Positions 39,701 through 51,895 are shown, counted from the whole stretch's first letter. The stretch is DNA of 63,544 bases, filler included, from Octopus bimaculoides (GCF_001194135.2; 5 parts of 5 records of this genome joined end to end with filler, not necessarily neighbours in it), one strand, 5' to 3'. Numbers and translations are program-made. The notes: a model not told the origin generated them from the sequence alone.

Positions 39701-39766
39701 AATTGCCATCGATTGGAGCCACACTCCATAATTTTTATGGCATCCATGGACTGACTCCTCCAGACG
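39701..39766 (+). CDS. Unknown protein, coding exon 5 (66 nt, phase 1-1)
   Basis: Acceptor TTGTTTCTTTTTTCAG, donor G|GTAAGC; in frame ELPSIGATLHNFYGIHGLTPPD. Confidence 0.82.
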
Positions 39767-40589
39767 GTAAGCCCTCAACGCACTATGCCATATCACATGA
39801 TTCTTAAAACACACACACACATGTGTATGAGCATTAAGATGCATTGATCATCAGAACGCGAAATCATCGATGATCTGGCTGTATCTGCGACAATGGGAAG
39901 CTTGTCTCCCTCGTCAGCTCATTAACATAGTTCTTTTGTTAGCTTTTGAGTTGTTTTGACTTCTTCACATTTACTTCAGAGGACCTAATATATGTATTAA
40001 CTTGTTCTAGATGTTGAGAGCAATACATAAGCCAAACCAAAAACATTCTACGTCAAAGGATGGCTCTACATAGATCCCAGATCAAAATTCGGGAATACAG
40101 AAAAATAGCATTCAAAAAAGACATCGACATTTGCGCCCCTAATAAACACCCCAGCTTCAGCATGTTTCCCTTCTATAGATTCAGGGATAATGCAAACTGT
40201 AGTCAGCGCAATAGAAAAGGGCCATATTTTATCACAAAATATAAAAATTCCTTTTGAATGCGTCCACCACAAATGACACTATTACAAGGGCCTTAGAATA
40301 ATACCCACTCAAATATTAAATACGATATCTTCAGAACAGTAACTACCCAGGAATTTATTCAGAACAATTCCAATCAGTACAATTACAAAGACAACAGGTG
40401 ACTTTTACGTCACTTGACCATTGAAGCGGATTCCACCAACATCCTACTACTGACATACCACTCCTGCATTTTTCTTATTCTTTCTCTTCTTTTCCTACTC
40501 CCTCCTCCTCCTCCTCTCCTCCTCCTCCTCTTCTCCTCCTCCTCCTCTTCTCCTCCTCCTCTTCCTTCTTCTTCTTCTTCTTCTTTTTC

Positions 40590-40626
<37 letters not shown>

Positions 40627-40673
40627 TGTACATATACAGAATTAATAATATATTTTATCTATTTCTCTTTCAG

Positions 40674-40735
40674 TCTCACCTACAAACGATACTTATACCA
40701 GCAATACTGGTCATGGTAATCGCCAGTGGCACTAA
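40674..40735 (+). CDS. Unknown protein, coding exon 6 (stop TAA 40733-40735; exon continues to 40748)
   Basis: Acceptor TATTTCTCTTTCAG; in phase 1 it reads VSPTNDTYTSNTGHGNRQWH*; donor AAG|GTAAGT at 40749. Confidence 0.68.
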
Positions 40736-40918
40736 ACATCATTGGAAGGTAAGTTGTAATATATGTACAAAGGTTTAACATTGCAGCAGATTCTATTGCG
40801 TTCTCTAAACGTCGTGTGTGCAGCGTGTGCGCGCGAGCGTGTGTAAAGTGACATAGTTGTATATATAGGTAGATAGATACATACATACATACATGGATTG
40901 ATATAGACATCGATGTAT

Positions 40919-40957
<39 letters not shown>

Positions 40958-41573
40958 CACATTGATACATCACACATTGATACATCACACATGCACACAC
41001 ATATATCTATATATAGATATACGTTGGTATATATGAATATATATAATGTGTGTGTTTGCGTGTTTGTGTGTTTGGATTTGTGAACAAGTGTATATGTGTA
41101 CGCTAAGTATTATTTTTATTTTGGAAATCCTTATGACTTCTCATCCTCCATATATTGATCACTTAACATTTGTTCAATAAATCTCCATATCCAAACACAT
41201 TTCCCAAAATAATTTTCCCATATTCTTTGTATTCTTTTGCGTAATTTCCACATTTGTATTGGTGTGAAATTCCTGGGTTTCGCTTTGTTTTAATTTAATT
41301 TAATTTAATTACGGATGCTTAGTGTTCTTACATAGAAGAAATGCCACGCATTCCGGCCCTTTATACATATCGTCTTGATTAATATTTAATAATCAACAAC
41401 CTTCCCAATATATACACATCAGGCAGACATATTGTACTTGCTGCCTATATTTACGAAACAGCGAGCATATTTGAGAGGGAGATCCGTGGCATAGGTACGT
41501 CATAATTAGACACTTTTGCAAATTTAAAATTACGAAGTAATGTTTTGTATTCGAATTGTTTTGATCACTTGAG

Positions 41574-41616
<43 letters not shown>

Positions 41617-41739
41617 TACAAATATATATGTATCTATGAACATATATATATATTTGTGTATGTATGTATGTATGCATGTATAGACATACATACATATACA
41701 CGTATAAACTTGGTGTATTTTTATCTACTTTGCTTTCAG

Positions 41740-41990
41740 ATGTTTGAAGCCATTTGACCGAGATGAGATTTGAATAATATATATAAATTGCCATAACTAT
41801 ACAGTGCAAAGAATTCCTCAGACAGCTCCACCGATTAAGAGAATTCAACAGCATTAAGTTCTGTCGAAGAACACTATATGAATTATCCGGCGTTAGGTAC
41901 AAAATATGATGAACCACCCGCCTCAATCTATACCTTTTATGTTAAAGTTAAATGAGCAATTTCGTAAATATATACATAAATAAATAAATT
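41740..41990 (+). other. Probable terminal 3' UTR exon of the unknown gene, with polyadenylation signal
   Basis: Acceptor TCTACTTTGCTTTCAG ending at 41739; overlapping AATAAA at 41979-41988. Confidence 0.55.
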
Positions 41991-42188
41991 TTAAAAAACA
42001 GGTGAACAACAATCATAAAATAGGAATTCAATTGTGAAATATTTATGGGCATCATTCTAAATAAAATAATTTTTAAAATGATTGTTGATTCACTCGTTTA
42101 TGCATTATATTATTCTAGACTTTTGAGAACGTGTCTCTAATAAATGCTATAAACCTATGCTTTGTGCATATCTATCTCTGTCTGTCTG

Positions 42189-42281
<93 letters not shown>

Positions 42282-42349
42282 ATTTATCTATCTATCCATC
42301 CATCCATCCATCCATCTAGATATATATATAAACTTTTGCTTGCTTCAGT

Positions 42350-42515
42350 CACTGTTGTTGTTGGCACTCCGTCGCTTACGACGTCGAGGGTTCCAGTTGA
42401 TCCGATCAACGGAACAGCCTGCTCGTGAAATCAACGTGCAAGTGACTGAGCACTCCACAGACACGTGTACCCTGTACGTAGTTCTCGAGGATATTCAGCG
42501 TGACACAGCACGTAA
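42350..42515 (-). mobile_element. SINE family D, 3' part
   Basis: TGTTGTTGTTGGCACTCCGTCG...GATCAACGGAACAGCCTGCTCGTGAAAT...GTAGTTCTCGAGGATATTCAGCGTGACACAG; recognised from memory as an octopus SINE tail. Confidence 0.55.
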
Positions 42516-42691
42516 GAGTGAGAGAAAGTTGTGGTGAAAGAATACAGCAGGGTTCGCCACCATCCCCTGCCGAAGCCTTGTGGAGCTTTAGGTGTTCTCG
42601 CTTGCAGATATAGTGTAACATCGCCTTGAATAGATATAACCGAACACATCAACCACAGTATTTATTTTTTAAAAGCCTGATACATATACAA

Positions 42692-42952
42692 TCTGTCTCT
42701 TTTGCCGAACAACAAAGTTACAGGGACGTAAACACACCAACACCGGTTGTAAAACAGAGAGAGGATAAACAGAGACACAATGACATACACACGTAGATGC
42801 ATTTATACGAAGGGGTTTCTTTCTGGTTCCGTCTACCAATTCCATTCAAGACTTTGGTAGAAGCTTTAGTAGAAGACACGGTCTGAAGGAGCCACACGAT
42901 GGGACTGAACCCGGAAGTGTGTGGTTGAGAAGGAAGCTCACCACACTGGCAC
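42692..42952 (-). mobile_element. SINE family B
   Basis: TTTGCCGAAC...GGGACGTAAACACACCAACACCGGTTGT...CCGTCTACCAA...GGGACTGAACCCGGAA. Confidence 0.8.
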
Positions 42953-42989
42953 TTGCAACTCAGAAACTTTGGTCGACCAGAGGTTAATG

Positions 42990-43295
42990 AAGAAGTGCTT
43001 CTACTATTGCCTCAGGCAGAATAAAACATTATGAGTGGATTTGGTAGAAGGAAACTGAAAGAATCTTGTTGCGTGTATATCTGTGTGTTTTTGTGTATAT
43101 CTTCGAGTCGGTGTTTACCCAACACCACCACCACCATTTGAGAACCGGTGTTGGAGTGCTTACGCCCCGTAATTTAGCACTTCCGCGAAAGAGACTAATT
43201 GAATATGTATTAGGCATGAAAAAGTGCTCGGGTTTAATTCGTTCGATTAAAATTCTTCAAGGCAGTGCCCCAGTATGTCCGCAGTCTAATAACTA
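42990..43295 (+). mobile_element. SINE family B (head-to-head with the previous copy)
   Basis: CTTCTACTATTGCCTC...GAGTGGATTTGGTAGAAGGAAACTGAAAGAA...AACCGGTGTTGGAGTGCTTACGCCCCGTAA. Confidence 0.78.
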
Positions 43296-43302
43296 AAACA
43301 CG

Positions 43303-43353
<51 letters not shown>

Positions 43354-43787
43354 GCAACGCCTGTTTATCGAACGCAGGAACAAATGAATATNNNNNNNNN
43401 NNNNNNNNNNNNNNNNNNNNNNNNNNNNNNNNNNNNNNNNNNNNNNNNNNNNNNNNNNNNNNNNNNNNNNNNNNNNNNNNNNNNNNNNNNNNNNNNNNNN
43501 NNNNNNNNNNNNNNNNNNNNNNNNNNNNNNNNNNNNNNNNNNNNNNNNNNNNNNNNNNNNNNNNNNNNNNNNNNNNNNNNNNNNNNNNNNNNNNNNNNNN
43601 NNNNNNNNNNNNNNNNNNNNNNNNNNNNNNNNNNNNNNNNNNNNNNNNNNNNNNNNNNNNNNNNNNNNNNNNNNNNNNNNNNNNNNNNNNNNNNNNNNNN
43701 NNNNNNNNNNNNNNNNNNNNNNNNNNNNNNNNNNNNNNNNNNNNNNNNNNNNNNNNNNNNNNNNNNNNNNNNNNNNNNNNNNNNNNN

Positions 43788-43823
<36 letters not shown>

Positions 43824-44769
43824 TTTGTTCCTGCGTTCGATAAACAGGCGTTGCATTTTGGTCAATGCTTTGTCGATATCTTCATGTCATCTTAAGCCTT
43901 TGGACAGCGAGAAATTACTTGGAAACCCATCGGTTGCACTGAGCTAGAATTTCTAAAGAATAATCTTGTCACTTAATGTTGAACGCCAATTCTACCTGAG
44001 AATTGTGGGGAGGAAACATGTGACTCTGGAGTGATCAAAGACTTACTGTAATTCAATGAGTAAGCATTTGAGTTCATCTAACACCTAAATACACATCATT
44101 GATACCGACGGAGGACCCGCTTACATATTTATGTATACATACTTATTTCTCTGAAGCCTTGTATGAATTATGTAACTGAAAGTACATTACTATATTTAAT
44201 TTAAGTTCAGAATTGTTTCATTTTACTTCATGTGGTTAGGCATAATTTTTCCTTGTATTTATGCTTTTATTTAATTAATATGTTGGTACATGTATTTTAT
44301 TAATATTCCTCTTGCATCAGGTATAATTGTGGATTGAAAGCCAGAAACTTTCCTCAAGAATATAGGAACTAATTTTTTTTTTAGTATTATCATTATTATT
44401 ATCCTGGAATATTGGTTGCGCGTTTGGTCCGCCTGCACGTGTGATGTGGTCCGTTATATATGTGAGAGTTTGCGGATGTTGGCATGTGCAAAAATCGCAC
44501 CTCTTTAAAATACTACGATTATAATGCGCTAAATTTTGATCTTGGTCGGAAAATTCTTTACAGGGTTTGATTTTTCAGAATTGGTTCGGTTGCCTCATTA
44601 CAAGCAGAAACGAAAATCTAATGACAGCTATTACCATCTGCCCTTATGCTATAACTTGGAAAAGAAAGAAACAGAAAAAAAAAAACAAGAAAACCTTATC
44701 ATGCCGTAATATCCTACTGCCATGATTGAAAACTATAATAAACACACTTTCTATTCTCTCTTACTACCA

Positions 44770-44940
<171 letters not shown>

Positions 44941-45183
44941 GGTGTTTCTTTCTTTCTTTCTGTAGCTTTACTTTTGTTTCTAAGCATTGATTATTTCGGT
45001 TATTGTTGTTCTTATTCATGTTTAATGCAACATTTTTGAAAGCTAAAACGATAGGAGTAAAAAGATGATATCAATTTTAATAATGCATCACGTTGAATAG
45101 ATAACCAGCTTACGGTGAATTCCGTTCTTTAAAATGTATTTAGCTCCATTGATTTTTTTAAAGTGTATTCAATTCTTCTTCTT

Positions 45184-45243
<60 letters not shown>

Positions 45244-45533
45244 ACCACCACCACCACCACCACCATCATCATCATTATCATTACTATTCTTCTTATTTTT
45301 ATCGTTGTTGTTTTTCCTCGTATGGTTATTATTTTTGAATATATTGTTTTGATTCTAAAGTGTATGGGTTTGTTATTTTCTATCAAGATAATTCTTGAAC
45401 AGTTTTACTAACAAATACTACAGGTAAATTTACTGGTCATACTGTAATATCTTTTAANNNNNNNNNNNNNNNNNNNNNNNNNNNNNNNNNNNNNNNNNNN
45501 NNNNNNNNNNNNNNNNNNNNNNNNNNNNNNNNN

Positions 45534-45582
<49 letters not shown>

Positions 45583-46099
45583 TATACATATATATGTGTA
45601 AACCTAGTTTTAGTTGGATATTTCACTCTTAACATTTGGCATTTTCAATTGTTCTTCTTTTACTTTATTTATGAGTATGTGTGCGAGTTTGTGTGTGTGT
45701 GCATGTGTGTATGAGGGGGTGCAAGTGCTTGCGTGTGTGTGTGCGTGTGTGTTGCATGTGCATGCGTGCATGTGTGCGTATGGAGCGTGAAGCTGCCTAC
45801 AAAGTGGATAACGGAGTTCAAAGCGTTTCTATGCGGGGGTACGGTCCACTGAACACTCAGTTTCGGGTTCTGCCCACGACGTAACGCCTTGTCAACTGTC
45901 TTTCATAGATAATCATTTCCTTAAAAAGGGAAATTGGTAGATGAAAAGTGAGTCGGATGTTATATATATANNNNNNNNNNNNNNNNNNNNNNNNNNNNNN
46001 NNNNNNNNNNNNNNNNNNNNNNNNNNNNNNNNNNNNNNNNNNNNNNNNNNNNNNNNNNNNNNNNNNNNNNNNNNNNNNNNNNNNNNNNNNNNNNNNNNN

Positions 46100-46133
<34 letters not shown>

Positions 46134-46204
46134 TCACACATATACATACACACAGACATGCATACTTGCGGACAACAAGCTCATGGATGCTTGTGTTTAA
46201 ATAT

Positions 46205-46410
46205 CGGCTTCAAATTTTGGCTCAAGGCCAGCAAGTTCGGGCAACGCAGTAAGTCCATTACACCGACCCCAATAATGAACTGTTATTTAGTTTATCAATC
46301 CCGCAACGATGAAAGGCAATATCACTATCAGCGGAATTTGAACTCAGAACGTAGAGAGACGAAATACCGCTAAGCGATTCGGCCGGCGTGCTAACGTTTC
46401 TGCCAGTTTC
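46205..46410 (-). mobile_element. SINE family A
   Basis: GCGGAATTTGAACTCAGAACGTAG...CCGGCGTGCTAACGTTTCTGCCAG is the reverse complement of the head at 23780. Confidence 0.82.
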
Positions 46411-46459
46411 ACAACGTTATGTGCTTAAATATCGATATTTTTGTTTACATTGACACAGT

Positions 46460-46920
46460 TTTAAAACCATTGCGCAAACAGACAACGGGGCATTCCAAAA
46501 AGGATTTTCAATAACTTTGCCGAATTCACGTGACCTGCAACAACTATGATTTTATGAACAGTAACATAGTAGAGAATTCCTCCTTTCATTAACCATTTTG
46601 CGGTCCGTTCACTACTACACACGCTTGTCAAATGATCTCTAATATTTTCTATACCTTTTCCTCATTTTATATCCAACACCTTGCGAATGCAAGCAAAGTA
46701 CAAGAGTACAACGTGGCGCTTTTGTATAACAAAATCAACGGTGTTCCTTCTATGAACCTCAGCTACTGCATCCTAGATTTAACTCCAAACTTCGATTTCG
46801 GACAAGACTCCCTTCCTTCTTCATATCAACAACTTACTTGCATTTCATCTAACACACACTCATACACAGATGACAGTACTCTTTATTTATTTGTAATCTT
46901 CTTCATCCATACACTAGCTA
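46460..46920 (+). mobile_element. CR1-like LINE reverse transcriptase remnant
   Basis: KINGVP ... TPFLLHINNLL-(frameshift)-ISSNTHSYTDDSTL matches the RT motif GVPQGSVL.PTLFLLxINDLL...IHSYADDSTL. Confidence 0.65.
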
Positions 46921-47519
46921 CTCACAATTAATACTCCATTCGTCTTAAACTCATCGATACTTCGAAAATTGGGTTGTCTTATTCTTTTACTCTCTAGAAA
47001 TAATCATGAAACGGATGTTTCTTTCCAGCGTTGATAATGCTTTTGATAACAGTGTCTCTAATTCTGGTGAATTGTCTACCAAATCCAAGAGGAGAGATTT
47101 CGATTTTGAAGGGTGGAAATCCATGATAACGACAGTGATTGAAATTGCATATTGTTTTATTATCGCGATACCTCTAAACAAGTTGATTACAGTGGTGATG
47201 TGATCCCTTGGGATCAATATTATAACCCGCTGGTAATTGAGTTGATGTCATCGAGTGAATGCTTACTTACAATGCTTATCTCGTTCTTTGTGCTCCTTGA
47301 TTAGCCTACATATAGGATTGGAAAGGATGTCGGATATTATGTGAAAACTTGCGAAATGAATACAGCTCAAGTTCTCAGCATCATGTCACCAGTATTTGAC
47401 AAACTATAACCGAACAATTTCAGTTCTCGTAAGATTTCGCTTAACTCCCTTTGCTGTGCACTATCATTTTCTGTCTCATTGTTGTGTTTAAAAGCAGAAA
47501 CATCTTACTAACGACATAG

Positions 47520-47735
47520 GCAATGAAAAGGCCATTCGTTAGCACTTCGGACAAAATTCTTAGCGGCATTTCGTCTGTTAATACGTTCTAATTTCAAATT
47601 CCGTCACGTTCGTCTTTGCCTTGCGTCCTTTCAGGGTGGATAAAATAAATACCAGTTGAAAACTAGGGTCGATGTAATTGACGTAACCCTTTCCCTGAAA
47701 ATTGCTGGCTTTCAGTCAATATTTGAAACCAATAA
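47520..47735 (+). mobile_element. SINE family A (diverged)
   Basis: CGTTAGCAC...TTAGCGGCATTTCGTCTG...TTTCAAATTCCG...GGGTCGATGTAATTGAC...AAATTGCTGG...TTTGAAACCAAT. Confidence 0.78.
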
Positions 47736-48249
47736 AACCAAAATCTCACTAAAAGCAGAACGTAGTAATTTTGAAAAATAATAATCTGCTCGTAAAAGTA
47801 TAGAGAATTGCTAAACAAATAAATGCATAATCATTTATGCATAAATATACATCGGTTTAACTGCCGTCATTACGTATAATCGTATTCTTTGTTAGCTGTG
47901 AATATTACGGCAAATGTGTGAGCTGTGAATATTACGACAAATATATAAACATATTTGACGACTGTTTATATATTCTTTGAAAACGAATATATCGTAACAA
48001 TTATATGACGATGTGGTGTTATACGTAGTTAAAAATTATTATAGCGTTGTTGAAAATGAAAATCGTGGATGTATTTTTTATGGGTCTACAAGAATGCATC
48101 GCAGCTCTTCGCTTCGACATTCAAACCTCCGAGTTCTATCATGACAACTTACGGTTTGTTCTAAGTTATAACATAAAAATAATCCTGTATTTATCAAATA
48201 TCGAGGTCTCGTTCTTTTGCTGTTACTTTTTATTATATATATAATATTA

Positions 48250-48508
48250 TGTTTGTTGGAGTCATTAGACTGCAACAATTCTGGGGTAATACCTTCAATA
48301 GATTTTAGTCGAATGCATCGACCCAACTTCGTAAATTGTTTGGTAAGCCTGGTACTTATTCTATCAGTGTCTTATTGTCGAAAGGCTAAGTTAAAGGGAC
48401 GTAAATGCACCAACACATGTGAAGGGTTAGTGAGGATAAAAAACAGACACAGAGACACAGATAGAAATATAACACACACACACACACATACACACATGTA
48501 CACACGTG

Positions 48509-48567
<59 letters not shown>

Positions 48568-48725
48568 AGCTTCTTTCAGATTCCATCGGCCAGATGCAAT
48601 CACCACGCTTTGATCGACCTGCGGCTATAGTAGAAGACACTTGCACAAGGTGTCATGCAGTGGGACTGAACCCAGAACCAGGTGGTTACGAACCAAGATA
48701 CTTACCATAGAGCCACGCCTGTGCA
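48250..48725 (-). mobile_element. SINE family B, full-length form with internal (CA)n/(TA)n
   Basis: Head at 48575-48725 (GGGACTGAACCC; CTATAGTAGAAGACACTTGCACAAGG) and tail at 48250-48460. A second, more diverged minus copy spans about 48740-49390. Confidence 0.75.
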
Positions 48726-49094
48726 TATATATCTCTCATCTACCTTCTATGTATTTCTGTCGTTGTATTGTGCGGCCAAACTGGACCTCGGCCTTGAAGG
48801 TCTAAGACGAACATGTTGCCCCCGCCCATACATATTGTTTTTAAGTCTTGTATTCTAACAGTCTCTTTGTTGAATAGCTAACAGGAATACGAGTTTGTAA
48901 ACTAACCAACATCGGTTGTCAAGCAATGGACAGAAGGCAAAAACAAACAAAAAGACATACATACATACATGCATATATAAATATATATAAATATATGTGT
49001 GTGTGTATGTATGTATATATGTATGTATTTTTACTCTCCATTCTCTCTATGTGTCTCCCTCTCTCTCTGTCTCTCTCTCTCTGCCTCTCTCTAT

Positions 49095-49188
<94 letters not shown>

Positions 49189-49888
49189 AATAAGGTGGCT
49201 AGACGCAAAAGGGGAAATAATTCACCGCCACGAAAATTGACCAATGGTGTAGGGGGCACCCACATTGCTAGAAACGAGAGTCATAGGATCTCTAGCCACA
49301 GAAAGCATATATCCTATGCGATGGATGCCGCGCGATGGGGCTGAACCTGAAACATTGTAGTAGTGAATTAGAAGTTCTCACCAACCCCAAACAATTATCG
49401 AACTTTCTGGACTTTTGAAACTCCGAAAACTTGCTAATTTATAAAACTAGAAGGCAAATTAGCGCAATTTCGAGTGAGTAATATTATATTCTAGTCGACA
49501 TAAAACAACTTAAGCGGGCATTAACGTTATTTTCATATTCATAATCTATTATTGCAGACTTGTTTCATCATGTTAAAGGTTTTATGATAATGAGATAGAC
49601 AGCGGATGGAGTTTATTGAAAAAATTGGTAACAATAAAATATATAGTAAACATAACTCCGCGTAGGTTACTGCTTGTCTCTTTATTCTATTCTCTCCCTC
49701 ACTTTCCAGAGATTCTTTCGCTTCCTCTCTCTTGCTTTTCTCCCCTTTCCTCTCACTTGTCTGTCTGTCTCTGTCTGTCTCTATCTATCTAACAACCTAT
49801 CTATCTATTTATCTATCTATCTCTCTGAGAATCATTACTTATACTGCCGTACAATCACTTCGTGTCTCTCTCACTCTCTCTCTCTCTC

Positions 49889-49994
<106 letters not shown>

Positions 49995-50216
49995 ATTGTC
50001 TTACTGACAGATGAAAATTACAAGAACTTTCACCAACTTTGCAGAATTCACCTCAGAATTTTTTTTGTTTTTAAGTCTCGTTTTAACTCCATCGCTACCT
50101 TTTGCCAAACTGCAAGGCTACGGGGCTATAAACAAAGGATTACAGGTTGTTAGGCGGTGGAGGGAAACAAAAAGCAAACACAAAATACCTTACTCATTAT
50201 ATATATGGTTAAGTAA

Positions 50217-50333
50217 GGCGGTGAGCTGGCAGAGACGTTAGCACGCCGGGCGAAATGTTTAACGGTATTTCAGGTGTCTTTAGGTTCTGAGTTCAAATTC
50301 CGCCTAGGTTGACTTTGCCTTCATCTTTCAGGG
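50217..50333 (+). mobile_element. SINE family A, 5' part
   Basis: GGCGGTGAGCTGGCAGAGACGTTAGCACGCCGGGCGAAATG...GAGTTCAAATTCCGCC. Confidence 0.85.
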
Positions 50334-50867
50334 ACGATTCACAAGCGGCCCCCGTAACCTGGCGGTTCAGAAAAGTGTATAATAAGTAACCAATCTTAAA
50401 AGACAACATTAGCGCAGGAGCGAGTTCTTTCGACAAAGCAATTTAAGACAGTGTTAGCCTTCGACGATGGCTAAGCCGGCCGAAACTTGAAGTCACTATC
50501 AACATTGTATATATAAGTTATGCATTGCCGAACGCAAGAGAATCCTAAAAGACTCCCACGTGCGAGGGAGCATCCTGGACTCCAGGACGGATATTTTCGG
50601 GCCAAGCTTGCATTTTAGAAGATCCCTGCAGGCCTTTTGGAATCCGCAAGGCGACGCTACAGCCGGAAATCAATGTCCAAGGCTGAAGGGGGACAATCGT
50701 TTGACTTCGTGGTTATTTGGTAACCGCAAGATGGCGGTGCGGGCGAAGCTCGATGGCCGATGGCAAAGGGAGATAATCATCTAGCATTTACCTTTATAGC
50801 GAGGCATTCCTAAGGGGCCAGCTGTGTTTGGGGTCGGAAGATACACCATAAGGCTAAACCCCTTATG

Positions 50868-51221
50868 AGCGAAACAATAAATCATATTATCTCTGGCTGC
50901 CCAGTCCTGGCTAAGAAGGAATATATTCACAGACACGACAGAGCTGGAACCTGTATACACTGGAAGCTATGCCAACATTATGGAATAACAACAGAAAAAA
51001 GATGGTATAAACACACGCCAGAAAAGGTCACAGAAAACGAGAAAGCAACCATATTCTGGGATATGCCAATACACACAGATAGAGAAATTAAGGCAAATAG
51101 ACCAGATATAGTTGTCAAAGATCATGAAGAAAAAAAATGCTTTCTAATTGATGTATCAATACCAGCAGATGACAACGTTTCTCTAAAAGAAATGGAAAAA
51201 CTTTCAAAATACAAAGACCTG
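50868..51221 (+). mobile_element. R4/Dong-clade non-LTR retrotransposon: zinc-knuckle end and restriction-like endonuclease
   Basis: ETINHIISGCPVLAKKEYIHRHD...HWKLC...WYKHTPEKVTEN...WDMPIHTDREIKANRPDIVVKD...LIDVSIP...EKLSKYKDL. Open frame truncated by the linker. Confidence 0.92.
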
Positions 51222-51321
51222 NNNNNNNNNNNNNNNNNNNNNNNNNNNNNNNNNNNNNNNNNNNNTTAATTAATTAANNNNNNNNNNNNNNNNNNNNNNN
51301 NNNNNNNNNNNNNNNNNNNNN
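51222..51321. other. Artificial scaffold linker
   Basis: N44-TTAATTAATTAA-N44. Confidence 0.95.
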
Positions 51322-51339
51322 AGAATCATTAGTATGACG

Positions 51340-51645
51340 GATAAAAATAATTAGCAGCATTTCATTTGTCATTTTATTTGGAGTTCAAATTCTGCTGATG
51401 TCAATTTTGTCTTTCATTTCATCTATATATGGGCTACAAAATAAGTACCAGTTGAGCACTGAAGTTGTAATTGATTAGCCTCTTAACCCTAAATTCTGCC
51501 AAGGTTGACTTTGCCTTTCATCTTTTCAGGGTCGATAAATTAAGTACCAGTCAAGTACTGGGGTTGATGTGATTGACATACCCCGCCCCCCAAAATTTCA
51601 GGCCTTGTGCCTACAATAGAAAGGATATATTATTATTATTATTAT
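51340..51645 (+). mobile_element. Two tandem partial SINE-A copies with an (ATT)n tail
   Basis: AAATTCTGC...TTTCAT...AAGTACCAG occurs twice. The tail is CCCCCAAAATTTCAGGCCTTGTGCCTACAATAGAAAGGAT(ATT)n. Confidence 0.75.
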
Positions 51646-51650
51646 TTCCT

Positions 51651-51895
51651 GTGCAGGTGGCACATAAAAAAACACCATTTGAGCGTGGCCGTCGCCAGTA
51701 CCGGTGGCATGTAAAAGCACCCACTACACTTTCAGAGTGGTTGGCGTTGGAAAGGGCATCCAGCTGTAGAAACTCTGACAGATCAGATTGGAACCTGGTG
51801 CAGCCATCTGGCTCACCAGTCCTCAGTCAAACTGTCCAACCCATGCAAGCATGGAAAGTGGATGTTAAACGATGATGATGATGATGATGATGATG
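51651..51895 (+). mobile_element. SINE family C with (GAT)n tail
   Basis: GCACCCACTACACT...GTGGTTGGCGTTGGAAAGGGCATCCAGCTGTAGAAAC...CCAACCCATGCAAGCATGGAAAGTGGATGTTAAAC(GAT)n; recognised from memory. Confidence 0.65.

Noticed and set aside
39980-40397. Extra exon candidates in intron 5 (39980-39993, 40179 onward, 40335-40397)
   Set aside because: Weak splice sites or incompatible phase compared with the six accepted exons.
47006-47400. GPCR-like hydrophobic stretches
   Set aside because: Interrupted by stops, with no diagnostic motifs.
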